Below, in pieces: positions 1-9,526 of a stretch of 64,000 nt of DNA (position 1 is its first letter; each line of letters opens with the position of its first letter). This DNA comes from Alphaproteobacteria bacterium (lineage in GTDB: Bacteria > Pseudomonadota > Alphaproteobacteria > JABAAW01). The notes beneath the pieces were generated by a model. The model was not told the DNA's origin. It ran no database searches and saw nothing but the letters and a program-made list of their open reading frames with translations. The stretch is from positions 2,105-66,104 of the forward strand of contig JABAAW010000003.1 of assembly GCA_014238535.1 (NCBI GenBank). The letters run 5' to 3'. The translations under genes were made by a program, and so were the position numbers.

Positions 1-247
1 TTATAAGTAATAGGTCGGAGAGGATAACCGCAAACCCCTCCCAGCGACATACTTCCATCTTTTGTTGAAAAAAGGATTCTTTCAAGGCATCGTAGGCGAG
101 CTTTCCCATTCGCGCATGGCAATATGCATACGAGCATTTTTGCGCAATATAGGCGGCGTTCTTATCTAGAAAGTATAGAAGCTGCGAGCGGCTCGTAATG
201 TGCTGCGGGCTAATGCGTCCAATCTGCTCTACGATACTTGCTAGCAA
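1..247 (-). CDS. hypothetical protein, N-terminal part only (ORF runs off the left edge)
   Basis: The minus-strand frame is open from the window edge up to a stop at about 344-346. It is absent from the ORF track because there is no stop inside the window. Translation reads ..LASIVEQIGRISPQHITSRSQLLYFLDKNAAYIAQKCSYAYCHARMGKLAYDALKESFFQQKMEVCRWEGFAVILSDLLLI. There is no in-frame ATG; a candidate TTG start lies at 247. Family not recognised. Confidence 0.3.
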   Translation of the reverse strand, partial: MLASIVEQIGRISPQHITSRSQLLYFLDKNAAYIAQKCSYAYCHARMGKLAYDALKESFFQQKMEVCRWEGFAVILSDLLLI

Positions 248-267
248 ACGCCGAACTTGCAGAAGGA

Positions 268-297
268 ATGTGGGGCGATGTGGGGCGGTGTGAGGCA
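268..297. repeat. 10-bp tandem repeat, 3 copies, in the divergent promoter region
   Basis: atgtggggcg / atgtggggcg / gtgtgaggca. The unit length is not a multiple of 3. It lies between the left-edge ORF and the DUF4212/symporter operon. Confidence 0.85.
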
Positions 298-576
298 AGG
301 CTTTGTCGATTTTGCTGGTGGTAGTATGGAAAATAGATGGGCTCTAGGTGGGATTATTATATTTATTCGCCTTTTCGCCAACAAGTATAAGCAACATAAG
401 CTCTGGAGCTCTGGATAAACTAAATTGCACTCCAAAAGTTAGCGATAATGCTAGCAACAGTAAGCTGTTTCAATCTGAAAATGTATAAGAAAACAAATTA
501 AATGTTGCCTAGTCTATGTTTATGTGTTAAACGAGCAGTGTTTTACTTCACCGATTTTTTAGGAGGTATTTTACCT

Positions 577-837
577 ATGGCAAGTAAAAGCGAACAACAT
601 TGGGCAAAAACTCGAACATTGATGTGGATAGTGCTCGCCATTTGGGCATTCTTTAGCTTCGGCATCCATGCTTTTGTAGAGAAGCTTAACGCTATCACAT
701 TCTTAAATTTTCCTTTGGGATTCTATATGGCATCTCAAGGTTCTTTAATTGCTTTTGTCGTTTTAATCTTCTGGTACGCTAGAAGACAACATACAATCGA
801 TAAAAAATTTGATTTACACGAAAAAGAGGGAAAATAG
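577..837 (+). CDS. DUF4212 small membrane protein (putative small subunit of the Na+/solute symporter)
   Basis: ATG at 577 follows AGGAGG at 561-566. The 86-aa product has two hydrophobic helices and a LNAITFLNFPLGFYMASQGS motif typical of the small proteins encoded just upstream of VC_2705-type symporters. The ORF-track start at 502 is judged too far upstream. Confidence 0.8.
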   Translation: MASKSEQHWAKTRTLMWIVLAIWAFFSFGIHAFVEKLNAITFLNFPLGFYMASQGSLIAFVVLIFWYARRQHTIDKKFDLHEKEGK

Positions 838-839
838 TC

Positions 840-2588
840 ATGGGTAAGAAAAAAGGTTTTATCGAAAACCTAGGTAAGATATACGGATACTATACCTTAG
901 GGTTCTTAGCATTCGTCATACTTATGGCGGTTCTCGAACAAGTAGGGGTTCCTAATAGCGTCATCGGATATTTGTTTATCGCGATGACTATTTGTATCTA
1001 CGCAGTCATTGGTGTGCTAGCGCGAACGGCGCAGGTGAGCCAATACTATGTCGCGGGTCGAGAGGTCCCTCCTGTATTCAATGGAATGGCAACAGCCGCA
1101 GACTGGATGTCAGGTGCATCCTTTGTCGGTATGGCTGGCTCTTTGTACATTCTGGGCTACGATGGCTTGGCTTTCGTCGTCGGGTGGACCGGCGGTTATG
1201 TGCTAGTCGCTATCTTACTCGCGCCATACTTGCGTAAATTCGGTGCATATACAGTGCCAGACTTTTTGGGTTCCCGTTACGGCGGAAACTTCGCACGTCT
1301 TATCGGTATCGTTATACTGTTCTGCTGTTCTTTCACTTATGTCACTGCGCAAACCTATGCAACCGGTATCATTACCTCACGGTTTTTGCAGATCCCCTTC
1401 GAATGGGCGGTCTTCATTGGTCTTACAGGTATTTTGGTCTGTTCTATGCTTGGCGGAATGCGGGGAGTCACATGGACGCAGGTGGCACAGTACATAGTAC
1501 TGATCGTCGCATACATGGTGCCCGTTGTTATTCTCTCATATCAAATCACCGGCTTGCCTATTCCGCAACTGATGTATGGGGGTGTGTTAGAGAAAATTAC
1601 AGCACTAGAGCAGAGTATAGGCGTCACTAAACTAACAGTTCAGCCTTTCACTAACTACAATCCTCTGAATTTCTTTGGCTTGATAGTTTGCTTGATGTTG
1701 GGAACTGCATCGCTACCACATGTATTGATGCGCTTCTTCACAACACCAGGGGTGAGGTCGGCTCGTCTTTCGGTCGGTTGGGCTTTGTTGTTCATATTTT
1801 TCCTGTACTTCACCGCTCCTGCATACGCAGCTTTTGCGAAATACGAGATATATGCAAATGTTATCGGTTCGCAAATAACTGCTTTGCCTGACTGGGTCGC
1901 TCTGTGGAGCAATGTCGGTCTGCTAACTATTGCCGATGGTAATGGTGATGGAATACTGCAGCTCGCAGAACTCAAAATTAACCGCGACATCGTCGTTTTG
2001 GCAACGCCAGAGATAGCCGGCTTACCGTATGTTATCTCGGGGCTTGTCGCAGCAGGAGGCTTGGCCGCAGCACTTTCAACTGCCGATGGTCTGCTTCTCG
2101 CTATTGCCAATGCATTTAGCCACGATGTCTACTATCGAATGGTTAACCCTAAAGCAGATGCTGAAACGAGACTGATCGTTGCGCGCATTCTGCTCGTAGT
2201 CATAGCCTTCGGGGCTGCCATGCTTGCTCGCACAAAACCAGCCGATATCTTATCGATGGTCGCCTGGGCTTTCTCAATCGCCGCATCAGGGCTATTCCCA
2301 GCTCTCGTGCTTGGTATTTGGTGGAAACGAGCGAATAAGGCAGGTGCCGTCGTTGGCATGCTTGTTGGCTTCGGTGTTTGCATGTGGTACCTGGTCGGCA
2401 CCCGTTATGGAGGCATGGATCTGATTTTCGGTGTTGGTAATATTTCCGCAGGGCTCTTCGGAATACCCGCAGGATTCATAACCATGATCGTCGTCAGCTT
2501 GGCTACCAAATCGCCATCGATTGAAATGCAACGCTTCATTGACGAGCTGCGTATTCCGCGAGGAAAGGCTCTAGCGCAAAACAGATAG
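840..2588 (+). CDS. sodium:solute symporter family permease (VC_2705/ActP-like subfamily)
   Basis: 582 aa, polytopic (about 13 hydrophobic segments), with SSF-type sequence throughout. Starts 3 nt after the DUF4212 stop, a conserved two-gene arrangement. Confidence 0.9.
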   Translation: MGKKKGFIENLGKIYGYYTLGFLAFVILMAVLEQVGVPNSVIGYLFIAMTICIYAVIGVLARTAQVSQYYVAGREVPPVFNGMATAADWMSGASFVGMAGSLYILGYDGLAFVVGWTGGYVLVAILLAPYLRKFGAYTVPDFLGSRYGGNFARLIGIVILFCCSFTYVTAQTYATGIITSRFLQIPFEWAVFIGLTGILVCSMLGGMRGVTWTQVAQYIVLIVAYMVPVVILSYQITGLPIPQLMYGGVLEKITALEQSIGVTKLTVQPFTNYNPLNFFGLIVCLMLGTASLPHVLMRFFTTPGVRSARLSVGWALLFIFFLYFTAPAYAAFAKYEIYANVIGSQITALPDWVALWSNVGLLTIADGNGDGILQLAELKINRDIVVLATPEIAGLPYVISGLVAAGGLAAALSTADGLLLAIANAFSHDVYYRMVNPKADAETRLIVARILLVVIAFGAAMLARTKPADILSMVAWAFSIAASGLFPALVLGIWWKRANKAGAVVGMLVGFGVCMWYLVGTRYGGMDLIFGVGNISAGLFGIPAGFITMIVVSLATKSPSIEMQRFIDELRIPRGKALAQNR

Positions 2589-2622
2589 CCTTTATTTGCT
2601 ATTCGTTTTGTAATAAAATGTA

Positions 2623-2655
2623 GGGAGGAGCCTAACCGCTCCTCCCTTATTTTTT
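2623..2655 (+). terminator. rho-independent terminator after the symporter operon
   Basis: Perfect 9-bp GC-rich stem gggaggagc (2623-2631) / gctcctccc (2638-2646), 6-nt loop, followed by ttatttttt. Confidence 0.75.
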
Positions 2656-2784
2656 ACCCATCGCTTAATCCTTACCATCAATGCTACATATTGTTTTAAC
2701 CATGCTTTTCTCCATCACATTTGCAGTGCGCTCGTTAGTGCAAGGTTTGAAAAAAAAGAACACAAAAGACTACATAGATTTTTG

Positions 2785-3090
2785 ATGGTAGAGTTTTTTT
2801 CATACTGGTATTACCATATCCCCAACTTCGTCTTCGCGGCTCTGATGTACACAAGCTTTGGCGTCTTCTTGCTGGATATATTTTTCCGTCCTAATAGCAA
2901 AAATCCGATCTACCGCGCATTCCATCGAGTAGTCGATCCGTACTTTAGTTTCATTGTGCCGATAACTCCAAGATTTATACCGCCGTTTTTAGTTCCTTTG
3001 TACGCGGCCTTCTGGACGCTAGTTTTTCGTGCTCTGCTTTATATGTTTTGCGCATACTTTGGCTTGCTACCGCACATCGAGACAACATAG
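2785..3090 (+). CDS. YggT family membrane protein
   Basis: About 101 aa and hydrophobic, with a VVDPYFSFIVPITPRFIP segment like the YGGT repeat (dP..p.r...P). ATG at 2785 lies one codon after TTG at 2782. Confidence 0.6.
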   Translation: MVEFFSYWYYHIPNFVFAALMYTSFGVFLLDIFFRPNSKNPIYRAFHRVVDPYFSFIVPITPRFIPPFLVPLYAAFWTLVFRALLYMFCAYFGLLPHIETT

Positions 3091-3155
3091 CTGCGCTATA
3101 GTATTTACTTCGGATTTTGGAAAAACCAGAAACCTAGCTTTTCTCTTTAGCCCCC

Positions 3156-5939
3156 TCACCTTCGCGCAATCGCGCGTAGGGTGTATAGCTTTTCTAGTGC
3201 TTCTTTAGGCGATAGCGAATCCGGCTCGATCTGCTCAAGCGCATCGATTACTTGTTGCTGGCGCGGGTCTTGTTGCGAATCTTTAGCGTTCGTAATTTGC
3301 TCTGCCATCGTCTTGCGGCAGAGTTTTTTCTCAAAACTTTGTTTCTCAAGTTGTGCGAGCACTTGCCTTGCGCGTGCGAGTATGGTGCGTGGCAATCCAG
3401 CCCGCTCTGCGACATGTATGCCGTATGATCGCCCTGTCGCTCCTTTGGCTATTTTATATTGGAAGACAATACCGCCTTGTTCTTCGAGTATTTTCATATA
3501 CATAATTTCCAGCGGTTTTAGGGTCTTGTCCAACTCTGTGAGTTCGTGGTAGTGCGTCGCAAATAGCGTTCTGCACTTAGTTTCTGCTACTAGGTATTCG
3601 ACTATCGCCCAAGCTATTGCGAGCCCATCGTATGTTGCGGTCCCTCGTCCTATTTCATCGAGTATTAAGAAAGAGTGCTTTGTCGCTTGGCGAATTATCG
3701 CGGCGGTTTCCGACATCTCGAGCATGAAGGTGGATTTTCCGCCAGCGATATCGTCGGCTGCTCCCATACGAGAGCATAGGCGGTCGACGACTCCTAAACT
3801 GCAAGATTCGGCTGGCACGAAGCAGCCGCTTTGCGCCATTAGTATTATCAGTGCATTCTGCCTGAGGTACGTGCTTTTTCCTGCCATATTGGGTCCAGTT
3901 ATCAGCTTGAAGAAGTTTTGTTCGTCGCAGGTGCAATCGTTAGCAACGAATGTTGTGTCGTAGCTTTGGCTTTGCGAGTGCTGCATTACTTCTAGCACTG
4001 GGTGCCGTGCTTTGTGTATTTCGAGCAAGGGCTCATCGAGAAACTTCGGTCTGGTATAGTTTCGCTCTTCGGCAATTCTTGCGAGGGCAGCGCTGAGGTC
4101 GATATACGCGATGGCCTCGAAGGCATTTCGTAGCCTATTTCGTTGTGCGACGACTTCTTCAACCAGCTCTTCGTAGAGTCTGGTTTCGCAGGCGCTTAAT
4201 TGTTCTTGCGTTTGTGCTATCTCGTGCGCGCATTCTTCTAGCGCGCTCGATGAGAATCTGGCGGCGGACGCTGTGCTCTGTCTATGCGTAAAGATGTTCT
4301 GCCTTTCGGCTATCTTCTGCGAGTGATCGTGCATCTTCGCGGCATTTTTTGCCGTGACTTCGAAAAAATAGCCGATGATCGCGTTATATTTTACTTTCAG
4401 GCTATCGATGCTTGTAATTTGTCTCGCGTTGTATTCGATCGTTTTTAGCTTTCGTAAGGCTTCGTCTTTTTTGATTCGCAGATGCTGCAGCTCTGGCGCA
4501 AAACTCTCCGATAGGAAGCCGCCCATTTTCGCGAGTGTCGGTAGATTATCGAGAAGTGCTTGTCTGAGCTTTTGCTCGAGGGCTTCCAATGAACCGAGCA
4601 TTTTTTTTGCGTTGTGTATCTCGTCTGGCAATTCATCTATTTTATTCTCTTTGCTTTTTTCTTTACTTTGGCTTGCGATTTTTTCTAGTAGCATCTTGCT
4701 TCTGCAGGCTCGCGTTAGCGTTCCAGCAACAGCACCGAGGTCGCGCGGCGTTCCTCTTTGCAAGGCAATTCTTGCCAATGCGCGTATTCCATCAGGGCAC
4801 CCCTTTAGAGTTTCCGCAACTTCATTGGCAGCGTTTTTTTGTAGCAGAAAGAATTCGATAGCGTCGAGGTGGGCGTTCAGCTGTTTAACATTTTTTGTCG
4901 GATTCGCGATGCGCTCCCTCAGCAACCTTGCGCCCATAGCCGTTTTGCAATCGTCGATATTAGCGATAAGCGTCGCGCGTGGGCTGTCGGAAGTCGTTTC
5001 AAATATCTCCAGCGTTCGCCGAGTCGTTGCGTCTATTTCCAGCTGCGTAGCTTGCGAGAATGCTTTCAGGTTTTTTATATCTGGTGTCGCGTCTCCTTGC
5101 GTCAGTTGCACATAATCGAGCAAGGTTCCTGCGGCGGCTATTTCTGCTCTTTCCAGCTTTCCAAACGCTTGCAGATTATCGATATTAAAGTACCTCTTTA
5201 GGAAGGTCGCGGCGTTTTCGCTATCGAAGCGACTTTTTGGAAGGGGCGTTAGCGCGTCTTTGTATGTCTCTAGGGTTTCGAACAATTGCGTTTGGCACAA
5301 TACCTCTTCTGGCAGAATTATTTCACGAGGTTCTATTCGCGCTAGGTTGGAGAATAGGTCTCCGATTTCGATTTTTTGGCAAAAGAATGTCGTCGCGGTC
5401 AAGTCGAGCCAAGCGATGGCAGAGCTGTTTTTGCCTCCTCTATCTATGGAGGCAACCGCGCATATCACGCATGGTTTTCTTGCGTCTAGGAATGCTTCTT
5501 CGGTTATGGTGCCTGGGGTTATGGTGCGCACAACAGCGCGCTCAACGATAGCGTAGCTGCCTCGTCTTTCTTTTGCTTCTTTCGGGTCTTCGGTTTGCTC
5601 GCAGATCGCGACGCGGAAGCCTTGTCGTATCAACTTTGCGAGATACGGTTCGTGCGAATGGGCTGGCACGCCACACATCTTCACAGGTTTCCCGTTGTGC
5701 GAACCGCGCTCGGTTAGCGCGATATCTAGCGCGGCGGCAGCTTTCTCAGCGTCATCGAAAAATAACTCGTAGAAGTCTCCCATGCGGTAGAAAAGTAGGC
5801 AATCGAGGTGCTGTTTCTTTATCCGCCAGTACTGCGCCATCATTGGCGTGCTCGTAGCAGCGTCTTTTGGCACAGAGGGTTTTTTTGGTGCTGGTGATTC
5901 TAAATCCAGTTGCGGATTAGCGAATGGTGCAGGTGGCAT
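3156..5939 (-). CDS. mutS: DNA mismatch repair protein MutS
   Basis: 927 aa. N-terminal [14 protein letters not shown]...[16 protein letters not shown], Walker [14 protein letters not shown], and [16 protein letters not shown]. Confidence 0.97.
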   Translation of the reverse strand: MPPAPFANPQLDLESPAPKKPSVPKDAATSTPMMAQYWRIKKQHLDCLLFYRMGDFYELFFDDAEKAAAALDIALTERGSHNGKPVKMCGVPAHSHEPYLAKLIRQGFRVAICEQTEDPKEAKERRGSYAIVERAVVRTITPGTITEEAFLDARKPCVICAVASIDRGGKNSSAIAWLDLTATTFFCQKIEIGDLFSNLARIEPREIILPEEVLCQTQLFETLETYKDALTPLPKSRFDSENAATFLKRYFNIDNLQAFGKLERAEIAAAGTLLDYVQLTQGDATPDIKNLKAFSQATQLEIDATTRRTLEIFETTSDSPRATLIANIDDCKTAMGARLLRERIANPTKNVKQLNAHLDAIEFFLLQKNAANEVAETLKGCPDGIRALARIALQRGTPRDLGAVAGTLTRACRSKMLLEKIASQSKEKSKENKIDELPDEIHNAKKMLGSLEALEQKLRQALLDNLPTLAKMGGFLSESFAPELQHLRIKKDEALRKLKTIEYNARQITSIDSLKVKYNAIIGYFFEVTAKNAAKMHDHSQKIAERQNIFTHRQSTASAARFSSSALEECAHEIAQTQEQLSACETRLYEELVEEVVAQRNRLRNAFEAIAYIDLSAALARIAEERNYTRPKFLDEPLLEIHKARHPVLEVMQHSQSQSYDTTFVANDCTCDEQNFFKLITGPNMAGKSTYLRQNALIILMAQSGCFVPAESCSLGVVDRLCSRMGAADDIAGGKSTFMLEMSETAAIIRQATKHSFLILDEIGRGTATYDGLAIAWAIVEYLVAETKCRTLFATHYHELTELDKTLKPLEIMYMKILEEQGGIVFQYKIAKGATGRSYGIHVAERAGLPRTILARARQVLAQLEKQSFEKKLCRKTMAEQITNAKDSQQDPRQQQVIDALEQIEPDSLSPKEALEKLYTLRAIARR

Positions 5940-5968
5940 GTTCTATGCTCGCTACTACTAGTCTATAT

Positions 5969-6466
5969 CTATAGTGGCTGGGTGTAAGATGTGTGTTCGG
6001 CTCCTTCGGCAGCTTTTTTTGCCAAGCGGTCTACTTCTTCATTCTTAGGATTGCCCTCGTGTCCCCTAACCCAAGCGAATTGCGGTCGAGGGCTTAGCCC
6101 TTGCGATAGCTCGAGTAACTTTTGCCATAGGTCAATGTTTTGCACACTCTTCTTGCCAGCCGTCTTCCACCCTCTTTTTTGCCAATCCTTTATCCAGAGA
6201 TTCATACCCTTGACTAGGTACTGGCTATCCGAATGTATGATGATGGGAACCTCTGCTATGGTGTCCTTGCTAGCGTCAAGGTGGTCGTTTCGTACATTCT
6301 CCATCGCTTTGATAGCAGCGGTCAGCTCCATTCGGTTGTTGGTTGTCGCCATTTCCGCGCCGACAATTTTCTGCCACTGATTCTGGTCGGGATATTTTAT
6401 CAACGCCGCCCATCCGCCAGGTCCTGGGTTTCCTAAGCAGGCACCATCTGTGAAAATTTTTATCAT
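5969..6466 (-). CDS. rnhA: ribonuclease HI
   Basis: 165 aa. IFTDGACLGNPGPGGWA, SDSQY, and a C-terminal W..VRGHEGNPKNEEVDRLA. The start overlaps the ispH stop by 4 nt. Confidence 0.95.
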   Translation of the reverse strand: MIKIFTDGACLGNPGPGGWAALIKYPDQNQWQKIVGAEMATTNNRMELTAAIKAMENVRNDHLDASKDTIAEVPIIIHSDSQYLVKGMNLWIKDWQKRGWKTAGKKSVQNIDLWQKLLELSQGLSPRPQFAWVRGHEGNPKNEEVDRLAKKAAEGAEHTSYTQPL

Positions 6467-7494
6467 GTCGCAGATGCCGTAGTATTCATAATCTTAGATG
6501 TTATTTTGGGTGCTATTTTTGGCATTTTAAATACAACAGATTCTCTGGTTATCGGTACATCTTGCAAGGTTACCTCCCGTGATTTTTTCAAGCTCTCGAT
6601 CGTTTGCTGCACCAGTATTTCTGGCGCGGAGGCAGAAGCTGTTATTCCTAGTGTTTGGACGCTACTATCGATTTCGGGTAAGTCGTTGCTATCGTTTATC
6701 AGGATTGCTCTCTTACTGAGTTTTTGCGCGATCTCGAGCAGTCGCATAGAGTTCGAGGAGTTTTCAGCACCAAGCACTAACAACATATCGCACTGCGGGG
6801 CGATGGCTTTGACTGCGTTTTGACGATTCGTGGTTGCGTAGCAAATATCTCCTTTTTTGGGTGTTAGTATCTCAGGAAAGCGTCTCTTTAGCACATCCGT
6901 TATCTCTTTGGTGTCGTCAAGCGATAGGGTCGTTTGCGTTACATAGGCAAGCGGTCTTCCATCCGCGATAAAGTTTTCCGCATCGGTTCTTGTTTCGATT
7001 AGCGTTATCGGAGGCAGCTTAGAGTTTGGCGTCAGTTGTCCCATCGTGCCGACTACTTCGGGGTGGTGTTTGTGCCCGATCAGTAAAATGTGGAATTTAT
7101 CTCTTTGGAAGCGCTCAACCTCGCGGTGAACTTTTTCAACCAGCGGGCAAGTCGCATTTATCGCGAACATTTTTTTCTCTTCTGCGCTTCGTGTAATGGC
7201 TTTAGCCACTCCGTGCGCCGAGAAAATAATAGGGCGCGTTTCTTGGTGGTGGGCTGGTATATCGTCTAGGTTATCGACGAAGATAACTCCTTTCCTTTGC
7301 AACGATTCTACAACGAAGGCGTTGTGGACAATCTGATGGCGCACATAAATCGGTTGCCCATGTTGTTCTAACGCTTGCTCGACTATCGCAACCGCTCGTT
7401 CTACGCCCGCGCAGAAGCCGCGAGGCGATGCCAGTAGTATCTTCAAAGGCGGGTGGTGGGGTTGATGTTGGCTCATATTCACACTCAATCTCAT
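6463..7494 (-). CDS. ispH: 4-hydroxy-3-methylbut-2-enyl diphosphate reductase IspH/LytB
   Basis: 343 aa. LASPRGFCAGVERAV, ATCPLVEKVH, and VVGTMGQ/GAENSSNS motifs. Start may instead be the second ATG at 7476. Confidence 0.95.
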   Translation of the reverse strand: MRLSVNMSQHQPHHPPLKILLASPRGFCAGVERAVAIVEQALEQHGQPIYVRHQIVHNAFVVESLQRKGVIFVDNLDDIPAHHQETRPIIFSAHGVAKAITRSAEEKKMFAINATCPLVEKVHREVERFQRDKFHILLIGHKHHPEVVGTMGQLTPNSKLPPITLIETRTDAENFIADGRPLAYVTQTTLSLDDTKEITDVLKRRFPEILTPKKGDICYATTNRQNAVKAIAPQCDMLLVLGAENSSNSMRLLEIAQKLSKRAILINDSNDLPEIDSSVQTLGITASASAPEILVQQTIESLKKSREVTLQDVPITRESVVFKMPKIAPKITSKIMNTTASAT

Positions 7495-7722
7495 AAAATA
7501 TAATAGGCTCTATGGTTCAAGTTTTAACACATAGTTGCCGCGTTAGATAACACATTAACTCTATAGGTGGTGTCATCCAATAATCTCCTTGAGTCTTCTA
7601 GGTCGGGCGTTAGATACAAAATTCTACAATTTTTATGCGAAGTTTACACAAGAAACACAGCAATTTTTACTCAATAAAAGGCGTAGGGAAGTAAGAAAAG
7701 TAACAAAAATGTGAAAAAAAAC

Positions 7723-7751
7723 TTGACCTAATAACAATTTGTTTGTAAAAC
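7723..7751 (+). promoter_or_regulatory. candidate sigma70-type promoter for the porin gene
   Basis: TTGACC (7723-7728), 17-bp spacer, TAAAAC (7746-7751), inside a 410-bp A+T-rich intergenic region. Sequence match only. Confidence 0.25.
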
Positions 7752-7905
7752 AACGCAAACACGCTTTGCTTCTCTCGATTTATAAGAACGGGGGGTCGGT
7801 GAAGTGAAGGCAAAATTATTTCTCGTTATGAACTACCAATTATAAGGTAGCGCAAAGGGGGGGTTTTGCTGAAAATTGTGAGCTTTTATATATAGGAGGA
7901 AACCC

Positions 7906-9174
7906 ATGAAGAAAGTTCTTTTAGCCTCGACTGCGGTTGCGGCGTTTGTCGCGTTCTCAGGCGCGGCGCAAGCACAAGACCCAGGTCGTGCAGATTTTGG
8001 TGCTACGGAAGGTGGCGGTAATGCAGGTTCTGCGTTCACAGTCACTACCAGTGGTGCCGTCAAATTTTACTTGAAGTATGCTTCAGGTTCTGGGGATCGT
8101 GAAATTGTAACAGCGGCAGCTCGAGCAGATGAAGAAGTCCCAACTCCAGAAGAGATAGCTGCTGAAGAAGCTGCTGTTGCTGCGAATGTAGGTGCTGTCA
8201 AAAACACTGGCTTTTTCACGCTAATTTCTGCTGAGCTGGAAATCAATGGTGCAGCGACAACCGATAGTGGAATCGATATCAGCACGCATATCGATCTCGA
8301 CTTCTCTGGTGTATCAGTAGATGATGCGCAGACGGTTACCATCGGTGGTCAAGAAGATGATATCAATGTTGGTGACATCGTGCGCGTCGACGAACTATCG
8401 CTGAAAATCGCTGGTAACTTCGGTTCCGTCGAGTTTGGCGCTAACGATGGTGCGGAAGATACCTTCAAAATCTATGGTGCTACTGTAGCTGCTGCTACTG
8501 GCGGTATCGATGGTGATCACCACTCAGTTGGTGATGGAGTCGGTTCTGGTGACCTAGGTGGAACTGCAGGTAACGGCGATTCGTCTGATGACTTGAAAGT
8601 AACTTACTTGTCGCCAGTCATTGCTGGCTTGCAGGGCGGTGTCTCGATTTCCTACGCAACTAATGGTGGCCCTACTGATACCGACGGCGGCGCCTTGGGT
8701 GTCGGCATCGGTGCACAGTACGGTCGCTCTGATGCAGGTGTAGACTATGCATTCTCGCTCGTATGGGGTGATACAGCGATTGCTGCTGACAATGCAGCAG
8801 ACGGTGATGACAATGGTTACGGTGGTCTTGGAGTAGGTTTCAAAATCGCTGGCGCTGGTGCTTCCTTCGCTACAGGTGTAACCATCGAAGACCTCGGGCA
8901 TGATTCGAAAGAAATTGATATCGATTGGAGTGCAGGTATTGCATACGCAATCGGTAGCTCAGCCAATGTATCGTTGACCTCTGGTGTCGAATTCTTGGAT
9001 ACCGGCGATGGCTATGAAGCTGAGAGATACATTGTATTTGTTAGCGGCGACTATGCTGTCTTGCCTGGCGTAACCTTGGGTCTTGACCTTGGATACGGAG
9101 AAAGTCATCTCAACAACGCTATCAATGATGGTTCTGGTTTCACCGGTGTATTTCGTGCCAAGGCTGCCTTCTAA
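7906..9174 (+). CDS. outer-membrane porin (alphaproteobacterial porin-like beta-barrel)
   Basis: AGGAGG at 7894-7899. Signal peptide MKKVLLASTAVAAFVAFSGAAQA/Q. Gly/Asp/Ala-rich with alternating beta-strand-like segments. Ends in the terminal aromatic signature FRAKAAF. Confidence 0.75.
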   Translation: MKKVLLASTAVAAFVAFSGAAQAQDPGRADFGATEGGGNAGSAFTVTTSGAVKFYLKYASGSGDREIVTAAARADEEVPTPEEIAAEEAAVAANVGAVKNTGFFTLISAELEINGAATTDSGIDISTHIDLDFSGVSVDDAQTVTIGGQEDDINVGDIVRVDELSLKIAGNFGSVEFGANDGAEDTFKIYGATVAAATGGIDGDHHSVGDGVGSGDLGGTAGNGDSSDDLKVTYLSPVIAGLQGGVSISYATNGGPTDTDGGALGVGIGAQYGRSDAGVDYAFSLVWGDTAIAADNAADGDDNGYGGLGVGFKIAGAGASFATGVTIEDLGHDSKEIDIDWSAGIAYAIGSSANVSLTSGVEFLDTGDGYEAERYIVFVSGDYAVLPGVTLGLDLGYGESHLNNAINDGSGFTGVFRAKAAF

Positions 9175-9294
9175 GGTTTGTTTCGATTACACAACAACAA
9201 AGACACTTGAAAGGGCATAGGATGCTTGGCTGATATAAGCTAACAATATGAGGATAATCTCCTCGTCCTTGACTTTTCTTGTACGAAGCGAAAG

Positions 9295-9328
9295 GGACGG
9301 CTCCCCCCCGAGCCGTCCTTTTCCGTTT
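9295..9328 (+). terminator. rho-independent terminator after the porin gene
   Basis: Stem ggacggctc (9295-9303) / gagccgtcc (9310-9318), loop cccccc, then ttttccgttt. Confidence 0.7.
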
Positions 9329-9400
9329 AAATAACAGCAATTTTGAAATTAAAAACTTGTCGCTAGCGCATATTTGCACAAAAGTAGAAGCGATACTTTC

Positions 9401-9438
9401 AGCATAGCTGCTCCAGCATAGCTGCTCCAGCATAGCTG
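9401..9438. repeat. 14-bp tandem repeat, 2.7 copies (agcatagctgctcc)
   Basis: Units at 9401-9414 and 9415-9428, partial copy at 9429-9438. Intergenic, upstream of the Atm1-like gene. Confidence 0.9.
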
Positions 9439-9526
9439 TTCGCGAAAATAATTCTTTAACCTATAGTCTTTACCTTCTGTCGTTAGCGTTGTGTGTTCGC
9501 CTTGCGCTCGCTATAATGGCTAGACT

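Noticed and set aside
4375-5115. 246-aa plus-strand ORF inside mutS. Similar long antisense ORFs lie at 25094-25684 (cheA), 26773-27414 (cheR), 43545-44192 (tilS) and 58916-59464 (cbiG-cobJ).
   Set aside because: All are antisense to genes with unambiguous family motifs. They have Ser/Arg/Cys-rich compositions, no recognisable domains and no independent RBS context, so I treat them as shadow ORFs.
7906-9174. The Gly/Asp-rich runs in the porin (for example GDGVGSGDLGGTAGNGDSSDD) could be RTX-like repeats, making it a candidate substrate for the T1SS at 33-36 kb.
   Set aside because: The protein has a classical Sec signal peptide and a C-terminal aromatic beta-barrel signature (..KAAF). The Gly/Asp runs do not form regular GGxGxDxUx nonapeptides. 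It is 24 kb away from the secretion genes.
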